DNA of 64,000 nt from Blastocatellia bacterium. GTDB taxonomy: Bacteria > Acidobacteriota > Blastocatellia > HR10. The stretch lies in NCBI GenBank assembly GCA_025055075.1, contig JANWYV010000035.1, positions 11,163 to 75,162 of the forward strand, in the 5' to 3' direction. Below the pieces are notes generated by a model. It saw only the letters and a list, made by a program, of their open reading frames with translations. It searched no databases and was not told the origin of the DNA. Positions within the stretch are counted from its first letter, which is position 1. Every line of letters starts with the position of its first letter. The translations under genes were made by a program, and so were the position numbers. Positions 1-12,043 of this stretch are shown piece by piece.

Positions 1-99
1 ACGACACTTGGAGGCCGCTTCGCCCCAAGGGCCCCGTGATCTCGTGTCTCCGACGACCGTGGATTCTCCATCTTGGCATTGGGACGAGGACGAACCGTG

Positions 100-630
100 A
101 TGAAGCTCCTCACTCTCATCCTCACCCTTGGCGCTTTCGGCGCCGCCCTGTGGCTTTGCGATGATGGGCGCGCGCTCGGACAATCTGGTCGGGTCAGCGC
201 GCCAAAGACCGAGTCAAAGGAAGAGCGCTCGGAGTCCCCGGAAGTGAAAAGCTCACGACTGGTCCTGGGGCTCATGAAGCGCGAGGAGATGCACGCCTGT
301 GGGCTCACGAAGTTGTCGGAGGAGGAGCTTGACCGACTCGATCGCTGGATCCTGCAGCTCATGCTGACGATGAGTGCGTTGCCGACGGGAGAGCTTCGCC
401 CCCGTTCGCTCGCTGAGGAGGGCTCCCGCGATCTGCAGCGACAGCAGATGGAGCTTGAGCTGAACGATTTGCGACAGCGACTGACGGAGATCCGACAGGC
501 GAGCGCGCAACTGTTGCTCGATCTCTCTCGCGCGCGCCTGGCGGCGCAGCGACGCGACGCGCTGAGCGTGGAAACCTTCCTTTTCTCAGCCGAGGGCAGC
601 GCCATGCGCATTCAGCGCGCCGCACAGTGA
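100..630 (+). CDS. hypothetical secreted coiled-coil protein (ORF 73..630; likely ATG at 100 gives MKLLTLILTLGAFGAALWLC signal-like N-terminus)
   Basis: ORF track frame; hydrophobic N-terminus then charged heptad-like sequence; GAGGA upstream of ATG 100; no recognisable family. Confidence 0.35.
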   Translation: MKLLTLILTLGAFGAALWLCDDGRALGQSGRVSAPKTESKEERSESPEVKSSRLVLGLMKREEMHACGLTKLSEEELDRLDRWILQLMLTMSALPTGELRPRSLAEEGSRDLQRQQMELELNDLRQRLTEIRQASAQLLLDLSRARLAAQRRDALSVETFLFSAEGSAMRIQRAAQ

Positions 631-637
631 GCGCCGT

Positions 638-1462
638 TCAGAGCGGCATGAGCCACAGAGGAAGTCCTCGCAGCGCCGCTAGTAGAACGGCATCTTCTGG
701 CACGCGCCTCCACTCACTGAAGAGCCGCGCCAGGAGCCCACGCTTCTTGGGCGTCGCCTCGACGACGACGGGTTCGCCAACGATCCCCGCCATCTCTGCA
801 GCCAACTCGATAGCGCGCTGCACATTCCCCAACTCGTCCACGAGTCCATAAGCTTTGGCCTGTTGTCCGGTGAAGATACGACCATCGGCGAAGGTCCGCA
901 CTTGCGCCGACGTCAGCCCGCGCCCGCAAGCGACAGCTTCCACGAACTGCGCGTAGGTATCGTCAATGACCTCCTGCAGCAGCGCGCGTTCTTCTTCCGT
1001 CAACGGACGGAAGGTCGAAAGCGCGTCCTTGTACGGACCGGATTTGATGACCTCCGTTTCGACGCCGAGCTTCTGATAGAGCCCGCGCAGATTGTTCGTC
1101 TTCAGAACGACGCCGATCGAGCCAGTGATCGTCCCGGGATTGGCGACGATCTTCTCGCAGGCGACGGCGACGTAAACGCCTCCTGAAGCTGCGACGTCAC
1201 CGAGCGAAGCGACGACTGGGATCTTCCGACGCTCGCGCACTCGACGAATCGCACGATGGATCTCCTGACAAGCACCCACGGTGCCTCCTGGGCTATTGAT
1301 CCGCACGACGAGGGCGCGAGCTTTCATCGCTTCGGCGCGCTCCAAGGCTGCCAGGATCTGCTCCCGCGAGGCTCCGAAGGGCGTGTCCGTGATGATCCCC
1401 TCGATCGAGACGAGGGCGACGCGATTTTTCTTCCTCCGACGGCGGAAGGGCCACATCCTCAT
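638..1462 (-). CDS. sppA: signal peptide peptidase SppA, 36K type (start trimmed to MRMWPFRRRRKKNRVALVSIEGII)
   Basis: ClpP/crotonase-fold SppA motifs (VVASLGDVAASGGVYVAVACEKIVANPGTITGSIGV); long N-terminal extension of the track ORF is low-complexity. Confidence 0.8.
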   Translation of the reverse strand: MRMWPFRRRRKKNRVALVSIEGIITDTPFGASREQILAALERAEAMKARALVVRINSPGGTVGACQEIHRAIRRVRERRKIPVVASLGDVAASGGVYVAVACEKIVANPGTITGSIGVVLKTNNLRGLYQKLGVETEVIKSGPYKDALSTFRPLTEEERALLQEVIDDTYAQFVEAVACGRGLTSAQVRTFADGRIFTGQQAKAYGLVDELGNVQRAIELAAEMAGIVGEPVVVEATPKKRGLLARLFSEWRRVPEDAVLLAALRGLPLWLMPL

Positions 1463-2154
1463 CCTCCCCAATATCCCCAGCCGACTTTCATGTTCGGCAA
1501 AAGGGACGTTGGAAGCGAATTCGCGAGCAAGGCGCTCAGCAGCGTGTGCGAGGCCGCGAGCGCCAAGAGATTCGGCTCCCGCTGGAATGTCCGCGCCCAC
1601 ACATATCCCCCGAGGAACGTTCCCACGACGAGAACGGGATTCGGCAGATGCAAGGTCGCGAAAATCGTGGCGACCCACAACGCCGTTCGGTTCCCCTTCC
1701 CCCACAGATCCTGCAGGCGCCGATGGATGAAGCCCTGAAGCGCGTACTGTTGGACGAGCGCCCATGGAGGCAGCGTCCGCAGATGGAAGAGGAACCGTTC
1801 TCCGAGATTCACGCTCTCGAATGCGAGTCCAATGGCCAGGATCCCGAGCGCGGCGGCTCCCGTCGGCAACGCCAAGAGTTGCAGCGCGCGCCCGAGGTTA
1901 TCTACGCGCAGGCCGATCTCCCGCAGCCCATCGCCGTGGGTGACGTTGGACACGAAAGCAACCGAGAACGCGAGCACCGAGAGCCAGAAATTCGTTCGCC
2001 AAAATGTCACTCGATCCTCGATGAGCAGTGGCGTCACCCACATGATGACGAGAACAGGCAGCAACCCAAGGGCGATCTCGATCAGCGGATGAAGCCCCGA
2101 CGACCGCATCGCTCTGCTCCAAAGGTCGAACGTTCGAGGACTCTGCTTCCTCAT
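1459..2154 (-). CDS. CPBP-family (CAAX-protease-like) intramembrane metalloprotease, putative
   Basis: polytopic membrane protein with EExxxR-like and FxxxH-like motifs; stop abuts sppA start and start overlaps alr stop by 4 nt; exact start uncertain (MRKQ at 2154 or MRSS at 2109). Confidence 0.45.
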   Translation of the reverse strand: MRKQSPRTFDLWSRAMRSSGLHPLIEIALGLLPVLVIMWVTPLLIEDRVTFWRTNFWLSVLAFSVAFVSNVTHGDGLREIGLRVDNLGRALQLLALPTGAAALGILAIGLAFESVNLGERFLFHLRTLPPWALVQQYALQGFIHRRLQDLWGKGNRTALWVATIFATLHLPNPVLVVGTFLGGYVWARTFQREPNLLALAASHTLLSALLANSLPTSLLPNMKVGWGYWGG

Positions 2155-3374
2155 GGAAACGTTCGCTCGCGCGCCGATTCGGAAGCCGCGACAAGCACGC
2201 GAGGCACGCGCGCGCTGATCCCGCAGGTGATCTCGTAAGAGATCGTCCCGCACAGCTCGGCCAACTCCTCGGCCGTGATGCGCTGGTCGTTGGCCTGGCC
2301 AATCAAAATCACTTCATCCCCCACGCGCGCGTCGGAGACGTCTGTCACATCCACGAGCGTCCAATCCATGCTCACGCGCCCAACGATCGGAGCGAATCGC
2401 CCGCGCACGAGGACGCGCCCGCGATTGGAGAGCGCTCGCCGATAGCCGTCATGATACCCGATCGGCAGCGTAGCGATGCGGCTGCGACGCTGGGTGACGA
2501 ACGCGCTCCCATAGCCGAGCGGCGTCCCGGCTTCCACTTCTTTGAGGAAGACGATGCGCGTGTGGAGGGAGAGGACGGGCTGCAGCGCATCCTCTCCCGT
2601 CGGGGTCTCCACGACGATCTCCGCGCGCGATGACGATGCGGATTGGCACGGACCACTCCAGAGACCGTAGAGCAATCCGCCCGGACGCACCATGTTCCCC
2701 CACGCTTCTGGATACGCGCGCACGCCCGCGCTATTGGCCAGATGCCGATAGGTCGGGCGAAATCCCCACGCTTCGACCGTTCGCACGGCTTCGTGAAAGC
2801 GCGCGATCTGCGCGCGCGTGAATTCGGCCCGATCCGGATCATCGGCCGCTGCGAAATGCGTCATGAGTCCATCCAAGCGCACATGGTGCAATCGCTCGAA
2901 GGCCCTCAGGACGGTCTCCAATTCCCGAAGTGGGACACCGGTGCGCCCCATCCCCGTATCCACCTCCAGATGCACGTCGAGGACGCGTTGATGCGCGCGC
3001 GCGCATGCGTCGAGCCGTTCGAGCTGAGCCACATCGAAGACGACCGGCGTCAACCGATATTCGAGCACGAGGGCTTCTTGTCCCTGAGCGATGCCGAAGC
3101 AGAGGATCGGGCGCGCAATACCAGCTTCTCGCAGCGCGATTCCCTCCTCCACCACAGCGACGCCGAACCAATCCGCCCCCACCGATTCCAGAGAGCGAGC
3201 GATGGCCACGGCCCCATGTCCATATGCCTCGGCTTTGACGACGGCGCAGATCTTCACTCGCTCGCCCACGCGGGCTCGAATCACTCGGAAGTTGTGCGCG
3301 AGGCGATCCATGTGGATCTCTGCCCACGTGGGCCGAGAGGCAGTGGGAAGGCGCTCAAGCGTCGTGATCGGCAT
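2151..3374 (-). CDS. alr: alanine racemase (start at MPITTLERL)
   Basis: PLP-binding motif AVVKAEAYGHG and full-length alanine racemase fold sequence. Confidence 0.85.
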   Translation of the reverse strand: MPITTLERLPTASRPTWAEIHMDRLAHNFRVIRARVGERVKICAVVKAEAYGHGAVAIARSLESVGADWFGVAVVEEGIALREAGIARPILCFGIAQGQEALVLEYRLTPVVFDVAQLERLDACARAHQRVLDVHLEVDTGMGRTGVPLRELETVLRAFERLHHVRLDGLMTHFAAADDPDRAEFTRAQIARFHEAVRTVEAWGFRPTYRHLANSAGVRAYPEAWGNMVRPGGLLYGLWSGPCQSASSSRAEIVVETPTGEDALQPVLSLHTRIVFLKEVEAGTPLGYGSAFVTQRRSRIATLPIGYHDGYRRALSNRGRVLVRGRFAPIVGRVSMDWTLVDVTDVSDARVGDEVILIGQANDQRITAEELAELCGTISYEITCGISARVPRVLVAASESARERTFP

Positions 3375-3448
3375 ATCTCTCTTCCCCTCTTTACGCGCAT
3401 CCGCTCGCGTTCTCTCGCGAATCGTTCCCGAAGCTCGTGCAGAGGCAT

Positions 3449-4909
3449 TCACAGCGGAGGTTTGTGCGAGAACGGAAAGGCTTGCTCATAGGCGTGCGCG
3501 GCGCGCAACAGCATCTCCTCCTCGAAATGGCGCGCGTGCAGTTGCAACCCGATTGGCAAGCCCTCGCGCGAGAGCCCTATGGGAATGCTGATGGCTGGGA
3601 TCCCCGCCAGATTCGCCATGATCGTGTAGATGTCCGAGAGATACATCGCCAACGGATCCTCGGTCTTCTCCCCCAAGCGGAAAGCGACGGTCGGAGAGGT
3701 CGGCCCGATGATGAGATCGCATCGCGTGAAGGCCTCGCGGAAATCGCGCTCGATGAGCGTGCGCACCTTCAGCGCCTTGAGATAATAGGCATCGTAATAC
3801 CCGGCCGAGAGGACATACGTGCCGAGCATGATGCGCCGCTTCACCTCGGCGCCGAATCCTTCGTTGCGCGTGCGGCGATACATCTCGCGAAGCGTCCTCG
3901 CGCCTTCGGCGCGATACCCATAGCGCACGCCGTCATATCGAGCCAGATTCGAAGAGGCTTCGGCCGTCGCGATGATGTAGTAGCACGCGATGGCATACTC
4001 GGTGTGCGGCAACCGCACTTCGACGATCTCCGCGCCGAGATCAGCGAACCGATCAATCGCCTGCCCCACGGCGGCCCTCACGTCCTCAGCCAATCCCGGG
4101 CCGAAATATTCCCTCGGCACGCCAAGGCGCAAGCCCTTGATCTCCTCGCCGAGCGCGGCCAGATAATCCGGCACCGGATGATTCGAAGATGTCGAATCGC
4201 GCGGATCGCGCCCAGCGATGACCTGCAGCACGCGCGCGGCATCGGCGACGGTCTTCGTGATCGGCCCGATTTGATCGAGCGATGATCCATAGGCGACCAA
4301 GCCATAGCGCGAGACCCGCCCATAGGTCGGCTTCACTCCCACGACTCCGCAGAAAGCCGCTGGAAGACGAACCGATCCCCCCGTATCCGAGCCGAGCGCG
4401 ACGACGCAGAGATCGGCGGCCACGGCCGCGCCCGATCCTCCCGATGAACCGCCCGGCACACGTTCGGCATCCCAAGGATTTCGCACGATGCCGAACGCCG
4501 AATTCTCATTCGAAGAGCCCATGGCGAACTCATCGCAATTGGTCTTGCCGATGATGATCGCTCCGGCCTCGAGCAATCGCTCGACAGCCGTCGCATTGTA
4601 TGGGGGGATGAAGTTGTAGAGGATCTTCGACGCGCACGTCGTCCGCAGCCCTCGCGTGCAGATGTTGTCCTTGATCGCGACGGGAACGCCCGTGAGAGGC
4701 CGCAATGGTTCGCCGCGCGCGAGGTCGCGATCCAGTTCCTCCGCCCGTCGGAGTGCCTCATCGCGATTGACAGTGAGGAAAGCGCCGAGCTGTGGATCGA
4801 GCGCCTCAATGCGCTCGAGCGTCCGCCGACACACTTCAGTCACGCTCGTCGTCCGCGCCCGCAATGCCTCATGCAGCCGATCAATCGTCAATCCGACGAT
4901 CTCCATCAT
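3449..4909 (-). CDS. gatA: Glu-tRNA(Gln)/Asp-tRNA(Asn) amidotransferase subunit A
   Basis: amidase signature [13 protein letters not shown], 486 aa, 4-nt overlap with upstream gatC. Confidence 0.9.
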   Translation of the reverse strand: MMEIVGLTIDRLHEALRARTTSVTEVCRRTLERIEALDPQLGAFLTVNRDEALRRAEELDRDLARGEPLRPLTGVPVAIKDNICTRGLRTTCASKILYNFIPPYNATAVERLLEAGAIIIGKTNCDEFAMGSSNENSAFGIVRNPWDAERVPGGSSGGSGAAVAADLCVVALGSDTGGSVRLPAAFCGVVGVKPTYGRVSRYGLVAYGSSLDQIGPITKTVADAARVLQVIAGRDPRDSTSSNHPVPDYLAALGEEIKGLRLGVPREYFGPGLAEDVRAAVGQAIDRFADLGAEIVEVRLPHTEYAIACYYIIATAEASSNLARYDGVRYGYRAEGARTLREMYRRTRNEGFGAEVKRRIMLGTYVLSAGYYDAYYLKALKVRTLIERDFREAFTRCDLIIGPTSPTVAFRLGEKTEDPLAMYLSDIYTIMANLAGIPAISIPIGLSREGLPIGLQLHARHFEEEMLLRAAHAYEQAFPFSHKPPL

Positions 4910-5208
4910 CCCTCCTCGATCACCCTGGGGACGCGGAAATAGCCCCGCGCCGGATCAGGGGCATTCGCCAACGCCAATTCCGACCCAAGTCCTTCGCCGA
5001 CGACATCGTCGCGTTGCGCGTAATCGGCGCGCTCATCTCGACCGGCGTGCGCCATCGGCGGCACATCGGTGGTATCGAGCTCATTCAGCTTCTCGACATA
5101 GGCGACGATGGCCGCCAATTGGACGGTGAACCGCTCCTTCTCTTCCTCGGTGAGTTCCAGATGAGCCAGCTCCGCGATCTTCTCGACGTCTCGTTTAGTG
5201 ATCGGCAT
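4906..5208 (-). CDS. gatC: Glu-tRNA(Gln)/Asp-tRNA(Asn) amidotransferase subunit C
   Basis: 100 aa, N-terminus [23 protein letters not shown] typical of GatC, directly upstream of gatA. Confidence 0.85.
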   Translation of the reverse strand: MPITKRDVEKIAELAHLELTEEEKERFTVQLAAIVAYVEKLNELDTTDVPPMAHAGRDERADYAQRDDVVGEGLGSELALANAPDPARGYFRVPRVIEEG

Positions 5209-5331
5209 GTAAAGCCCCTCCAGCCTTGATTTGCGACGTTCAATAATAACGCGATCGTTGGGGCGCGACCAGGGCGATGCCGTTTCCTGTTCGTCCTCGC
5301 GCTCAATGAGCGAATGCGAAAAAGCGCCATC

Positions 5332-5361
5332 TTGACAGTCCGCCGCCTCCTCTGCTAAATT
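5332..5361 (+). promoter_or_regulatory. sigma70-like promoter for tRNA-Val (TTGACA, 17-18 nt spacer, TAAATT)
   Basis: TTGACA at 5332-5337 and CTAAAT/TAAATT at 5355-5361 in an AT-richer stretch about 25 nt upstream of the tRNA. Confidence 0.4.
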
Positions 5362-5384
5362 TTTCGGCGTTGAGTGACAGGGTT

Positions 5385-5459
5385 AGGCGCGTAGCTCAGG
5401 GGGAGAGCACTACCTTGACGCGGTAGGGGTCAGCGGTTCAAATCCGCTCGCGCCTACCA
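5385..5459 (+). tRNA. tRNA-Val (anticodon GAC), includes encoded 3' CCA
   Basis: cloverleaf read manually: acceptor AGGCGCG/CGCGCCU 7 bp, D arm GCUC-AGGGGGA-GAGC, anticodon stem CUACC/GGUAG with loop UUGACGC, T arm AGCGG-UUCAAAU-CCGCU, discriminator A, CCA. Confidence 0.85.
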
Positions 5460-5547
5460 TTTTTATTTGCTATCCTTGCGGGGCGAGCGGCTCTCAAGTG
5501 GGAGGAGAGCGCTCGACGAGAGGACATGGCGAGGATGTGAAGCGGAG

Positions 5548-7533
5548 ATGGGGATTTGGGTTCGTCTTCCTGGGAAGGACACCGTTGAAGTCCCCTCGGG
5601 GTTGACGGCGGGCGAGGCGATCGCTCATGCCGATGGAGAAGTGGCCAAGCGCGCGTTGGTCGCTCGCGTCAACGGGCAGCTCGTGGATCTGGCGCATCGT
5701 CCCGAGGAAGGAAGCGTCGTCGAACCCGTGTTGATCGGTACGCCGGAAGCATTGGAGGTCTATCGTCATTCGACGGCGCACCTTCTGGCAGCGGCCGTGT
5801 TGGAGCTTTTCCCGGGCACGCTGCTGGGGATCGGGCCAGCGACCGACGAGGGATTCTTCTACGATTTCCTCCGCTCGGAGCGCTTCACCCCCGAAGATCT
5901 CGAGCGCATCGAGGCGAAGATGCGCGAGCTGATCGAGCGCAATATCCCTTACGAGCGGATCGAGATCCCCAAGGAGGAAGCCCTTCGCTTCTTCGCGCAA
6001 GCTGGGGATTATCTGAAGTGCGAGCTGATCACCGACAAAGGGGGAGAGGTCGTCAGTTGCTACAAGCTCGGCGAGCACATGATCGACTTCTGCACGGGGC
6101 CGCATATCCCCTCGACCGGCTACATCAAGGCCTTCAAGCTGCTCAGCCTGGCCGGTGCGTATTGGCGCGGCGATGAGCGCGGTCCGCAAATGCAACGTAT
6201 CTACGGGACCTCGTTCTTCACCGAGGAGGAGCTGCAGGAGTTCCTCCGCCGTCGCGAGGAAGCCGAGCGGCGCGATCATCGCAAGCTCGGTCGCGAGCTG
6301 GATCTCTTCAGCATCCAGGAGGACTATGGCCCCGGACTGATCTTCTGGCATCCCAAGGGGGGGATCATCCGCAAGGAGATCGAGGATTTCCTCAAGGAGG
6401 AGCTGCTGCGACGCGGCTATGGACTCGTCTACACGCCGCATATCGCGCAATACCGACTCTGGCAGCAATCCGGCCACACGGAGTTCTATCGCGAATCCAT
6501 GTACGCGCCGATGCGCCTCGATGAGGTCGAGTACCAACTCAAACCGATGAACTGCCCGTTCCACATCGGCATCTACGCCTCGCGGCCGCGCAGCTATCGG
6601 GAGCTGCCGATGCGGTTAGCCGAATTTGGGACGGTCTATCGCTACGAGCGCAGTGGCGTGCTCCATGGGCTCTTGCGGGTGCGCGGCTTCACGCAAGATG
6701 ATGCGCACATCTTCTGCACGCCGGAGACGCTCAAGCAAGAGATCATGGGCTGCCTCGATCTGGCCCAGCTTGTCTATCGCACATTCGGCTTCGCGTACAC
6801 GGTTGAACTCTCGGTGCGCGATCCCAACGAGCCCGACAAGTATATGGGAGGCGACGAGCGATGGACCTGGGCCGAACGGACGCTCGCTGAAGCGTTAGAG
6901 GAGATGGACTTCACTTACACCGTGATCGAGGGGGAAGCGGCCTTCTATGGACCGAAGATCGACATCAAGGTCGTGGACGCCATTGGCCGCCAGTGGCAAT
7001 TGGGGACGATCCAATTGGACTTCAATCTCCCGGAGCGCTTCGACCTGGAATATGTGGGCGAGGACAACCGGCCGCATCGCCCGATCATGATTCATCGCGC
7101 CATCTTGGGGTCGCTCGAGCGATTCTTCGGCATCTTGATCGAACACTACGCCGGAGCGTTCCCCCTGTGGCTCGCTCCGGTGCAGGCGATCGTTCTGCCG
7201 ATCACGGACAAGCAGAACGACTACGCGCGAGCCGTTCAGGAGCGATTGCGGGCGGCCGGACTCCGCGTGGACGTCGACTTGCGCGGGGAGAAGATCGGCG
7301 CGAAGATTCGCCAAGCTCAATTGCAAAAAATTCCCTTCATGCTCGTCGTCGGCGCTCGTGAGGTCGAGACGGAGACCGTCTCGGTCCGCGAACGCGGTCG
7401 CGGAGACACGGGAGCCGTGCCGGTCGCGGCATTTCTGGAGCGCGCGCTCCATCTCATCCGCACGCGCGCCGTGGAGCTGGAAACGACGAGTCCGCAGATC
7501 GGCGATGTTCACCCCACACCTGCGAGGGCGTGA
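5548..7533 (+). CDS. thrS: threonine--tRNA ligase (start at [14 protein letters not shown] domain N-terminus)
   Basis: TGS domain start, class II aaRS motifs, HxxxH editing motif (HSTAHLL); track ORF starts earlier at an alternative codon. Confidence 0.9.
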   Translation: MGIWVRLPGKDTVEVPSGLTAGEAIAHADGEVAKRALVARVNGQLVDLAHRPEEGSVVEPVLIGTPEALEVYRHSTAHLLAAAVLELFPGTLLGIGPATDEGFFYDFLRSERFTPEDLERIEAKMRELIERNIPYERIEIPKEEALRFFAQAGDYLKCELITDKGGEVVSCYKLGEHMIDFCTGPHIPSTGYIKAFKLLSLAGAYWRGDERGPQMQRIYGTSFFTEEELQEFLRRREEAERRDHRKLGRELDLFSIQEDYGPGLIFWHPKGGIIRKEIEDFLKEELLRRGYGLVYTPHIAQYRLWQQSGHTEFYRESMYAPMRLDEVEYQLKPMNCPFHIGIYASRPRSYRELPMRLAEFGTVYRYERSGVLHGLLRVRGFTQDDAHIFCTPETLKQEIMGCLDLAQLVYRTFGFAYTVELSVRDPNEPDKYMGGDERWTWAERTLAEALEEMDFTYTVIEGEAAFYGPKIDIKVVDAIGRQWQLGTIQLDFNLPERFDLEYVGEDNRPHRPIMIHRAILGSLERFFGILIEHYAGAFPLWLAPVQAIVLPITDKQNDYARAVQERLRAAGLRVDVDLRGEKIGAKIRQAQLQKIPFMLVVGAREVETETVSVRERGRGDTGAVPVAAFLERALHLIRTRAVELETTSPQIGDVHPTPARA

Positions 7534-7611
7534 CTCCCACATCTCCCCGAATGGGCATCTCGGGCGATCCTCGCGATCGCGCCGAGCCCCTCGGACCTTC
7601 GTCGAGAGACC

Positions 7612-8145
7612 ATGAAAGGCCCACACACTCTGCGCTATCGCGTCAACGAACGCATCCGGGCTGAGCGCGTCCGGGTCATTGATGAGAATGGGCAGCAGAT
7701 CGGCATCATGAGCGTGCGGGAGGCATTGGCGCTGGCTCGCGAGCGCGACCTGGATCTGGTCGAGGTCGCGCCGCATGCCGATCCACCGGTCTGCCGCATC
7801 ATTGACTACGGCAAGTATCTCTACGAGCAGAAGAAGAAGGCGCAAGAGGCCAAGAAGCGACAGACGATCATCACCGTCAAAGAGATCAAGCTCCGCCCGG
7901 CCACCGATGACCACGACTATGAGTTCAAGATGCGGAACGCACAACGCATTTTGAGCGAAGGCGATAAGGTGAAAGCCATCGTTCACTTTCGCGGGCGCGA
8001 GATCGTTCACAAGGACCTCGGCGAGCAGATCCTGCAGCGGCTGATCAACGATCTCACGCCGATTGCCATCGTCGAATCCCCTCCGCGCTTGGAGGGGAAT
8101 AATCTCGTGGCCGTCTTCGCGCCGAAGAAACATCATAAGTCGTGA
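7612..8145 (+). CDS. infC: translation initiation factor IF-3
   Basis: aligns along its full length with E. coli IF3 ([18 protein letters not shown]); coordinate taken from ORF track (my manual count places the ATG 1 nt later). Confidence 0.9.
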   Translation: MKGPHTLRYRVNERIRAERVRVIDENGQQIGIMSVREALALARERDLDLVEVAPHADPPVCRIIDYGKYLYEQKKKAQEAKKRQTIITVKEIKLRPATDDHDYEFKMRNAQRILSEGDKVKAIVHFRGREIVHKDLGEQILQRLINDLTPIAIVESPPRLEGNNLVAVFAPKKHHKS

Positions 8146-8191
8146 GGGCGCGCGTCCGAAAAGGAGACACGACGCCCGACGAGGAGGAGAC

Positions 8192-8395
8192 ATGCCGAAG
8201 TTGAAGACACATAAAGGGGCATACAAGCGATTTCGCCTCACGGCGACAGGGAAGATCAAACGCGGCCATTCGCATGCTCGTCACTTGTTGACGAAGAAAC
8301 CCCCAAAGCGCAAGATGCGACTGGATCGGGACACCTACGTGGACCCGACCGATGCCAAGCGCGTTAAGCGCTTACTCCCATACGGTCGGCCGTGA
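8192..8395 (+). CDS. rpmI: 50S ribosomal protein L35
   Basis: [36 protein letters not shown]; GAGGAGGA RBS upstream of ATG 8192. Confidence 0.9.
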   Translation: MPKLKTHKGAYKRFRLTATGKIKRGHSHARHLLTKKPPKRKMRLDRDTYVDPTDAKRVKRLLPYGRP

Positions 8396-8422
8396 GGTTC
8401 CGATCGAAAGGAGAGCACGATC

Positions 8423-8791
8423 ATGCCACGAGTCAAACGCGGCCATAAGCGGGTTGAACGTCGCAAGAAATATCTTCGTCTGGCGAAGGGCTACTGGGGC
8501 GCCAAAAGCCGCCTCCACCGATACGCGAAGGAGGCAGTGCAGCGCGCTTGGAAGTTCGCCTACATTGGGCGACGCTTGAAGAAGCGGGACTTTCGCCGCC
8601 TCTGGATCGTGCGCATCAATGCGGCGGCGCGCCAGAACGGCTTGAATTACACGCAATTCATGCATGGCCTGAAGCTGGCGGGCGTCGCTCTGGATCGAAA
8701 GGTGCTGGCCGATTTGGCCGTCCGCGATGCGGCGGCTTTCGCCGAATTGGCTGGCGTCGCCAAGGCAGCTCTCGCTGCCCGGACGACCTAG
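8423..8791 (+). CDS. rplT: 50S ribosomal protein L20
   Basis: [26 protein letters not shown], canonical L20. Confidence 0.9.
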   Translation: MPRVKRGHKRVERRKKYLRLAKGYWGAKSRLHRYAKEAVQRAWKFAYIGRRLKKRDFRRLWIVRINAAARQNGLNYTQFMHGLKLAGVALDRKVLADLAVRDAAAFAELAGVAKAALAARTT

Positions 8792-8819
8792 CGCGCTGTC
8801 CGCGGTCGGGAGGCTGAGC

Positions 8820-9848
8820 ATGCGCGAACGCGTGGAGCAAGTTCGCGCTCAACTGCGCGAGGAATTGGCGCGGGTCGCTGATCTTGCAGCTCTGGGCCGC
8901 CTCCGCGATCGGTATCTCGGGCGAAAGAGTGGCCTCATCACGCAGCTCATCAAGGAGCTGGGGGCGCTCCCGCCCGAAGAGCGGCGAGAGCTTGGCCATT
9001 TGATCAATGAGCTGAAGGAAGAAGCCGAAGCGGCGCTGGAACAGCTCCGTCTTCAACTCGAAGAACGAGCTGAAGCCGAGCGCTTCGAGCGCGAACGTTT
9101 GGACATCACGCTGCCGGGATTGCGTCCCGTCTTCGGCGCTCGCCATCCGATCACCCTCATTCGCGAGCGGATCGAGGATATCTTCGTCTCGATGGGGTAT
9201 TCGGTGGAGAGCGGGCCCGAGGTCGAGACGAGCTATTACAACTTCGACGCGCTCAACATCCCGCTGGGCCATCCGGCTCGCGAAGCGCAGGACACGTTCT
9301 ATTTGAGCGAGGATCTCGCCTTGCGAACGCAGACCTCGACCGTACAAATCCGAGCTCTCGAGCGGCGACGTCCTCCTTTGCGCATCATCGCCCCGGGAAA
9401 GGTCTTCCGCCGCGATACGCCGGATCCGACGCACAATCCGATGTTCTTCCAAGTCGAGGGACTGGCCCTCGACCATGAGATCACGCTGGGTGACCTGAAG
9501 GGGACGTTGCAGGAATTCGTTCGGCGGATGTTCGGCCCGCAGGTGCGGACGCGCTTTCGCCCGAGCTATTTCCCCTTCACTGAACCGAGTGCGGAGGTGG
9601 ATTTCAGTTGCTTCGTCTGTGACGGCGCTGGCTGTCGCATCTGCAAAGGAGCGGGCTGGATCGAACTCGGTGGCTGCGGCATGGTGCATCCGCGCGTGTT
9701 GCGCGGCGCGGGCGTGGATCCGGAAGAATTCACCGGATTCGCCTTCGGCTTGGGCTTAGACCGCATGGCCGCCCTCATGTATGGCCTCGATGACATTCGG
9801 CTCCTCTATGAGAACGACGTGCGGTTCCTCGAACAATTCGGCTTCTAG
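8820..9848 (+). CDS. pheS: phenylalanine--tRNA ligase alpha subunit (start [12 protein letters not shown])
   Basis: class II aaRS core ([16 protein letters not shown]); GGGAGG RBS before ATG 8820. Confidence 0.9.
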   Translation: MRERVEQVRAQLREELARVADLAALGRLRDRYLGRKSGLITQLIKELGALPPEERRELGHLINELKEEAEAALEQLRLQLEERAEAERFERERLDITLPGLRPVFGARHPITLIRERIEDIFVSMGYSVESGPEVETSYYNFDALNIPLGHPAREAQDTFYLSEDLALRTQTSTVQIRALERRRPPLRIIAPGKVFRRDTPDPTHNPMFFQVEGLALDHEITLGDLKGTLQEFVRRMFGPQVRTRFRPSYFPFTEPSAEVDFSCFVCDGAGCRICKGAGWIELGGCGMVHPRVLRGAGVDPEEFTGFAFGLGLDRMAALMYGLDDIRLLYENDVRFLEQFGF

Positions 9849-9908
9849 CGCAGCGCGAGGCGACGACTCGCGAAGCGCGCCATCTTCATTGCGAGAGCGC
9901 ACGGGAGC

Positions 9909-11960
9909 ATGAGAGTCAGCTACCGGTGGTTGAAAGAATTGGTGGATTTCGAGCTTTCGCCGCGCGAGTTGGCTGAGAAGCTCACGATGGTGGGATTGGC
10001 GGTGGATCGCGTGGAAGAGGTGGATGGGGATGCGCTCTTGGAGCTGGATGTGACGTCGAATCGTCCCGATTGCTTGTCGCACCTTGGGGTAGCGCGCGAG
10101 ATCGCCGTCCTCTGTGGCACGAGCGCGCGATATCCGGAGACGCATCTGGAGGAGGACGAGGAGGAGACGGCACGTGTCACTTCGGTCGAAATTCGCGATC
10201 CCGATCTTTGCCCGCGATACGTCGCGCGCGTGATTCGAGGCGTGCGCGTCGGCCCATCGCCGCGCTGGGTCGTGGAACGATTGGAGCGGCTCGGCCAACG
10301 GAGCATTAATAACGTCGCGGACATCACGAATCTGGTTCTTCTGGAACTCGGGCATCCGCTTCATGCGTTCGATCTGGAGAAACTCGTCGGACGGCAGATC
10401 ATCGTGCGGCGTGCACGCGCGGGGGAACGGCTGGTGACGCTGGATGGCGTGAAGCGCACGCTTCGGGACGATATGCTGGTGATCGCAGATGCCGTGCGTC
10501 CGGTCGCGTTGGCGGGCATTATGGGAGGCGAGGAAACGGGCGTCTCGGAGACGACGCGCGATGTGCTTCTGGAGAGCGCTTACTTCCATCCCCTCTCGAT
10601 CCGACGCACGGCGCGTGCGCTCGGGATGAGCACGGAGGCTTCGTATCGCTTCGAGCGCGGCGCCGATTACGAGGCGCCACGCCGCGCGGCCGATCGCGCC
10701 GCTCGTCTCATCGTGGAAGTCGCCGGAGGACGCATCCTGCGGGGCGCCATCGATATCTACCCGAATCCGCTGTCGCGCACGACAGTACGACTGCGCCGCC
10801 AACGGCTGCGACGGATCTTGGGGGTGGACGTGCCGTGGGATGAAGCCGTGCGCCTCCTTCGAGCGCTCGGCTTTCATATCGAGCGCGCCGATGGTGAGGA
10901 AGTGTGGGTGATCCCGCCGAGCTTTCGCGTGGATATTGATGGCGAAGACGATCTCGTCGAAGAGGTCGCGCGGCACATCGGCTATGACGCGATCCCCACG
11001 ACGCTCCCCCAATGGAGAGGTTACGGAGAACTTCTACCGGGCGAAGAGAAACGGCGCGCGCTGCGCGCGATCCTCTCGGCCTTCGGCTTCAGCGAAGCCA
11101 TCACTTTCAGCTTCGTCCCCGAGTCATGGGATGCCCTCTTCCGAGAGGAGGAAGTGCGCGTTTGTCGGTTGCGAAATCCCATTGATGAGACGCGGGCGCA
11201 ATTGCGGACGAGTTTGCTGCCGGGACTCCTCGAATCGCTCCTGCACAACATCCATCACGGCGTCCGCTCGGTGCGCCTTTACGAAATCGGCACATGCTTC
11301 ATCGCGATGGAGGATGGCCAACGCCCGATTGAGCGCGAGCAGTTGGGACTGGTGGCGACTGGGCTCTTCAATGAGCGCGCATGGCAGGATCATCATCGCC
11401 CATTCGGCTTCTACGAGATGAAGGGCGTTGTGGAAGCTCTTCTCGAAAAGCTTCGGGTGCGTCGCGTCGCCTTCGAGAGGTCCCCGCGAGAGTACTTGCA
11501 TCCGGGCCAATCGGCGCGCCTCCTGGTGGACGGTGAACCCATCGGAGATTTCGGTCAGCTCCATCCGCGCGTCGCCGCCCTCTTCAAGTTCAAGCAACCG
11601 GTCTTCGTCGCCGAGCTGGATCTGGAGAAGCTCCTTCGGAAAGAGGGCGAAGCGATTCGGTATCGCTCTCTACCGCGCTTGCCGACCGTCGTTCGCGATT
11701 TCTCGCTGCTTGTCCCACGCGAGGTCGCATATGCCGAGATCGAGCGCGGCATCGCGGAGCTGGGCATTCCGGAGATCGTCGAGGTGCGCCTCTTCGACGT
11801 CTATACGGGACCGAACGTCCCGGCGGACAAGCGCTCGCTTTCGATCAGCGTTCGCTTGCGCGCGGAGGATCGAACGCTGACTGAGGAAGAGATCGCCGCC
11901 ATTCAGGCGCGGTTGCTCGCCCATTTGCGGGAGCGCTTTCGCATCGAGCTGCGGTCGTGA
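9909..11960 (+). CDS. pheT: phenylalanine--tRNA ligase beta subunit (short, 683 aa form)
   Basis: [38 protein letters not shown]-terminus, B3/4 and B5 domain sequence. Confidence 0.9.
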   Translation: MRVSYRWLKELVDFELSPRELAEKLTMVGLAVDRVEEVDGDALLELDVTSNRPDCLSHLGVAREIAVLCGTSARYPETHLEEDEEETARVTSVEIRDPDLCPRYVARVIRGVRVGPSPRWVVERLERLGQRSINNVADITNLVLLELGHPLHAFDLEKLVGRQIIVRRARAGERLVTLDGVKRTLRDDMLVIADAVRPVALAGIMGGEETGVSETTRDVLLESAYFHPLSIRRTARALGMSTEASYRFERGADYEAPRRAADRAARLIVEVAGGRILRGAIDIYPNPLSRTTVRLRRQRLRRILGVDVPWDEAVRLLRALGFHIERADGEEVWVIPPSFRVDIDGEDDLVEEVARHIGYDAIPTTLPQWRGYGELLPGEEKRRALRAILSAFGFSEAITFSFVPESWDALFREEEVRVCRLRNPIDETRAQLRTSLLPGLLESLLHNIHHGVRSVRLYEIGTCFIAMEDGQRPIEREQLGLVATGLFNERAWQDHHRPFGFYEMKGVVEALLEKLRVRRVAFERSPREYLHPGQSARLLVDGEPIGDFGQLHPRVAALFKFKQPVFVAELDLEKLLRKEGEAIRYRSLPRLPTVVRDFSLLVPREVAYAEIERGIAELGIPEIVEVRLFDVYTGPNVPADKRSLSISVRLRAEDRTLTEEEIAAIQARLLAHLRERFRIELRS

Positions 11961-12043
11961 TCGGCGCTCGCGCGAGCAAAAAGGAGTTGCCAGATCGTGT
12001 CCATCGGAGTAGAATACAGCTCAGCCGTTTGTCAGGCGGAGGG

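Noticed and set aside
7612-7616. Non-AUG (AUU-type) start codon for infC as in E. coli
   Set aside because: The sequence reads ATG at the homologous first codon. The 1-nt discrepancy between my count and the track coordinate could not be resolved by eye.
8063-8191. N-terminal extension of the rpmI ORF overlapping the infC 3' end
   Set aside because: L35 homology begins at MPKLKTH (8192) with its own GAGGAGGA RBS; upstream residues have no homology.
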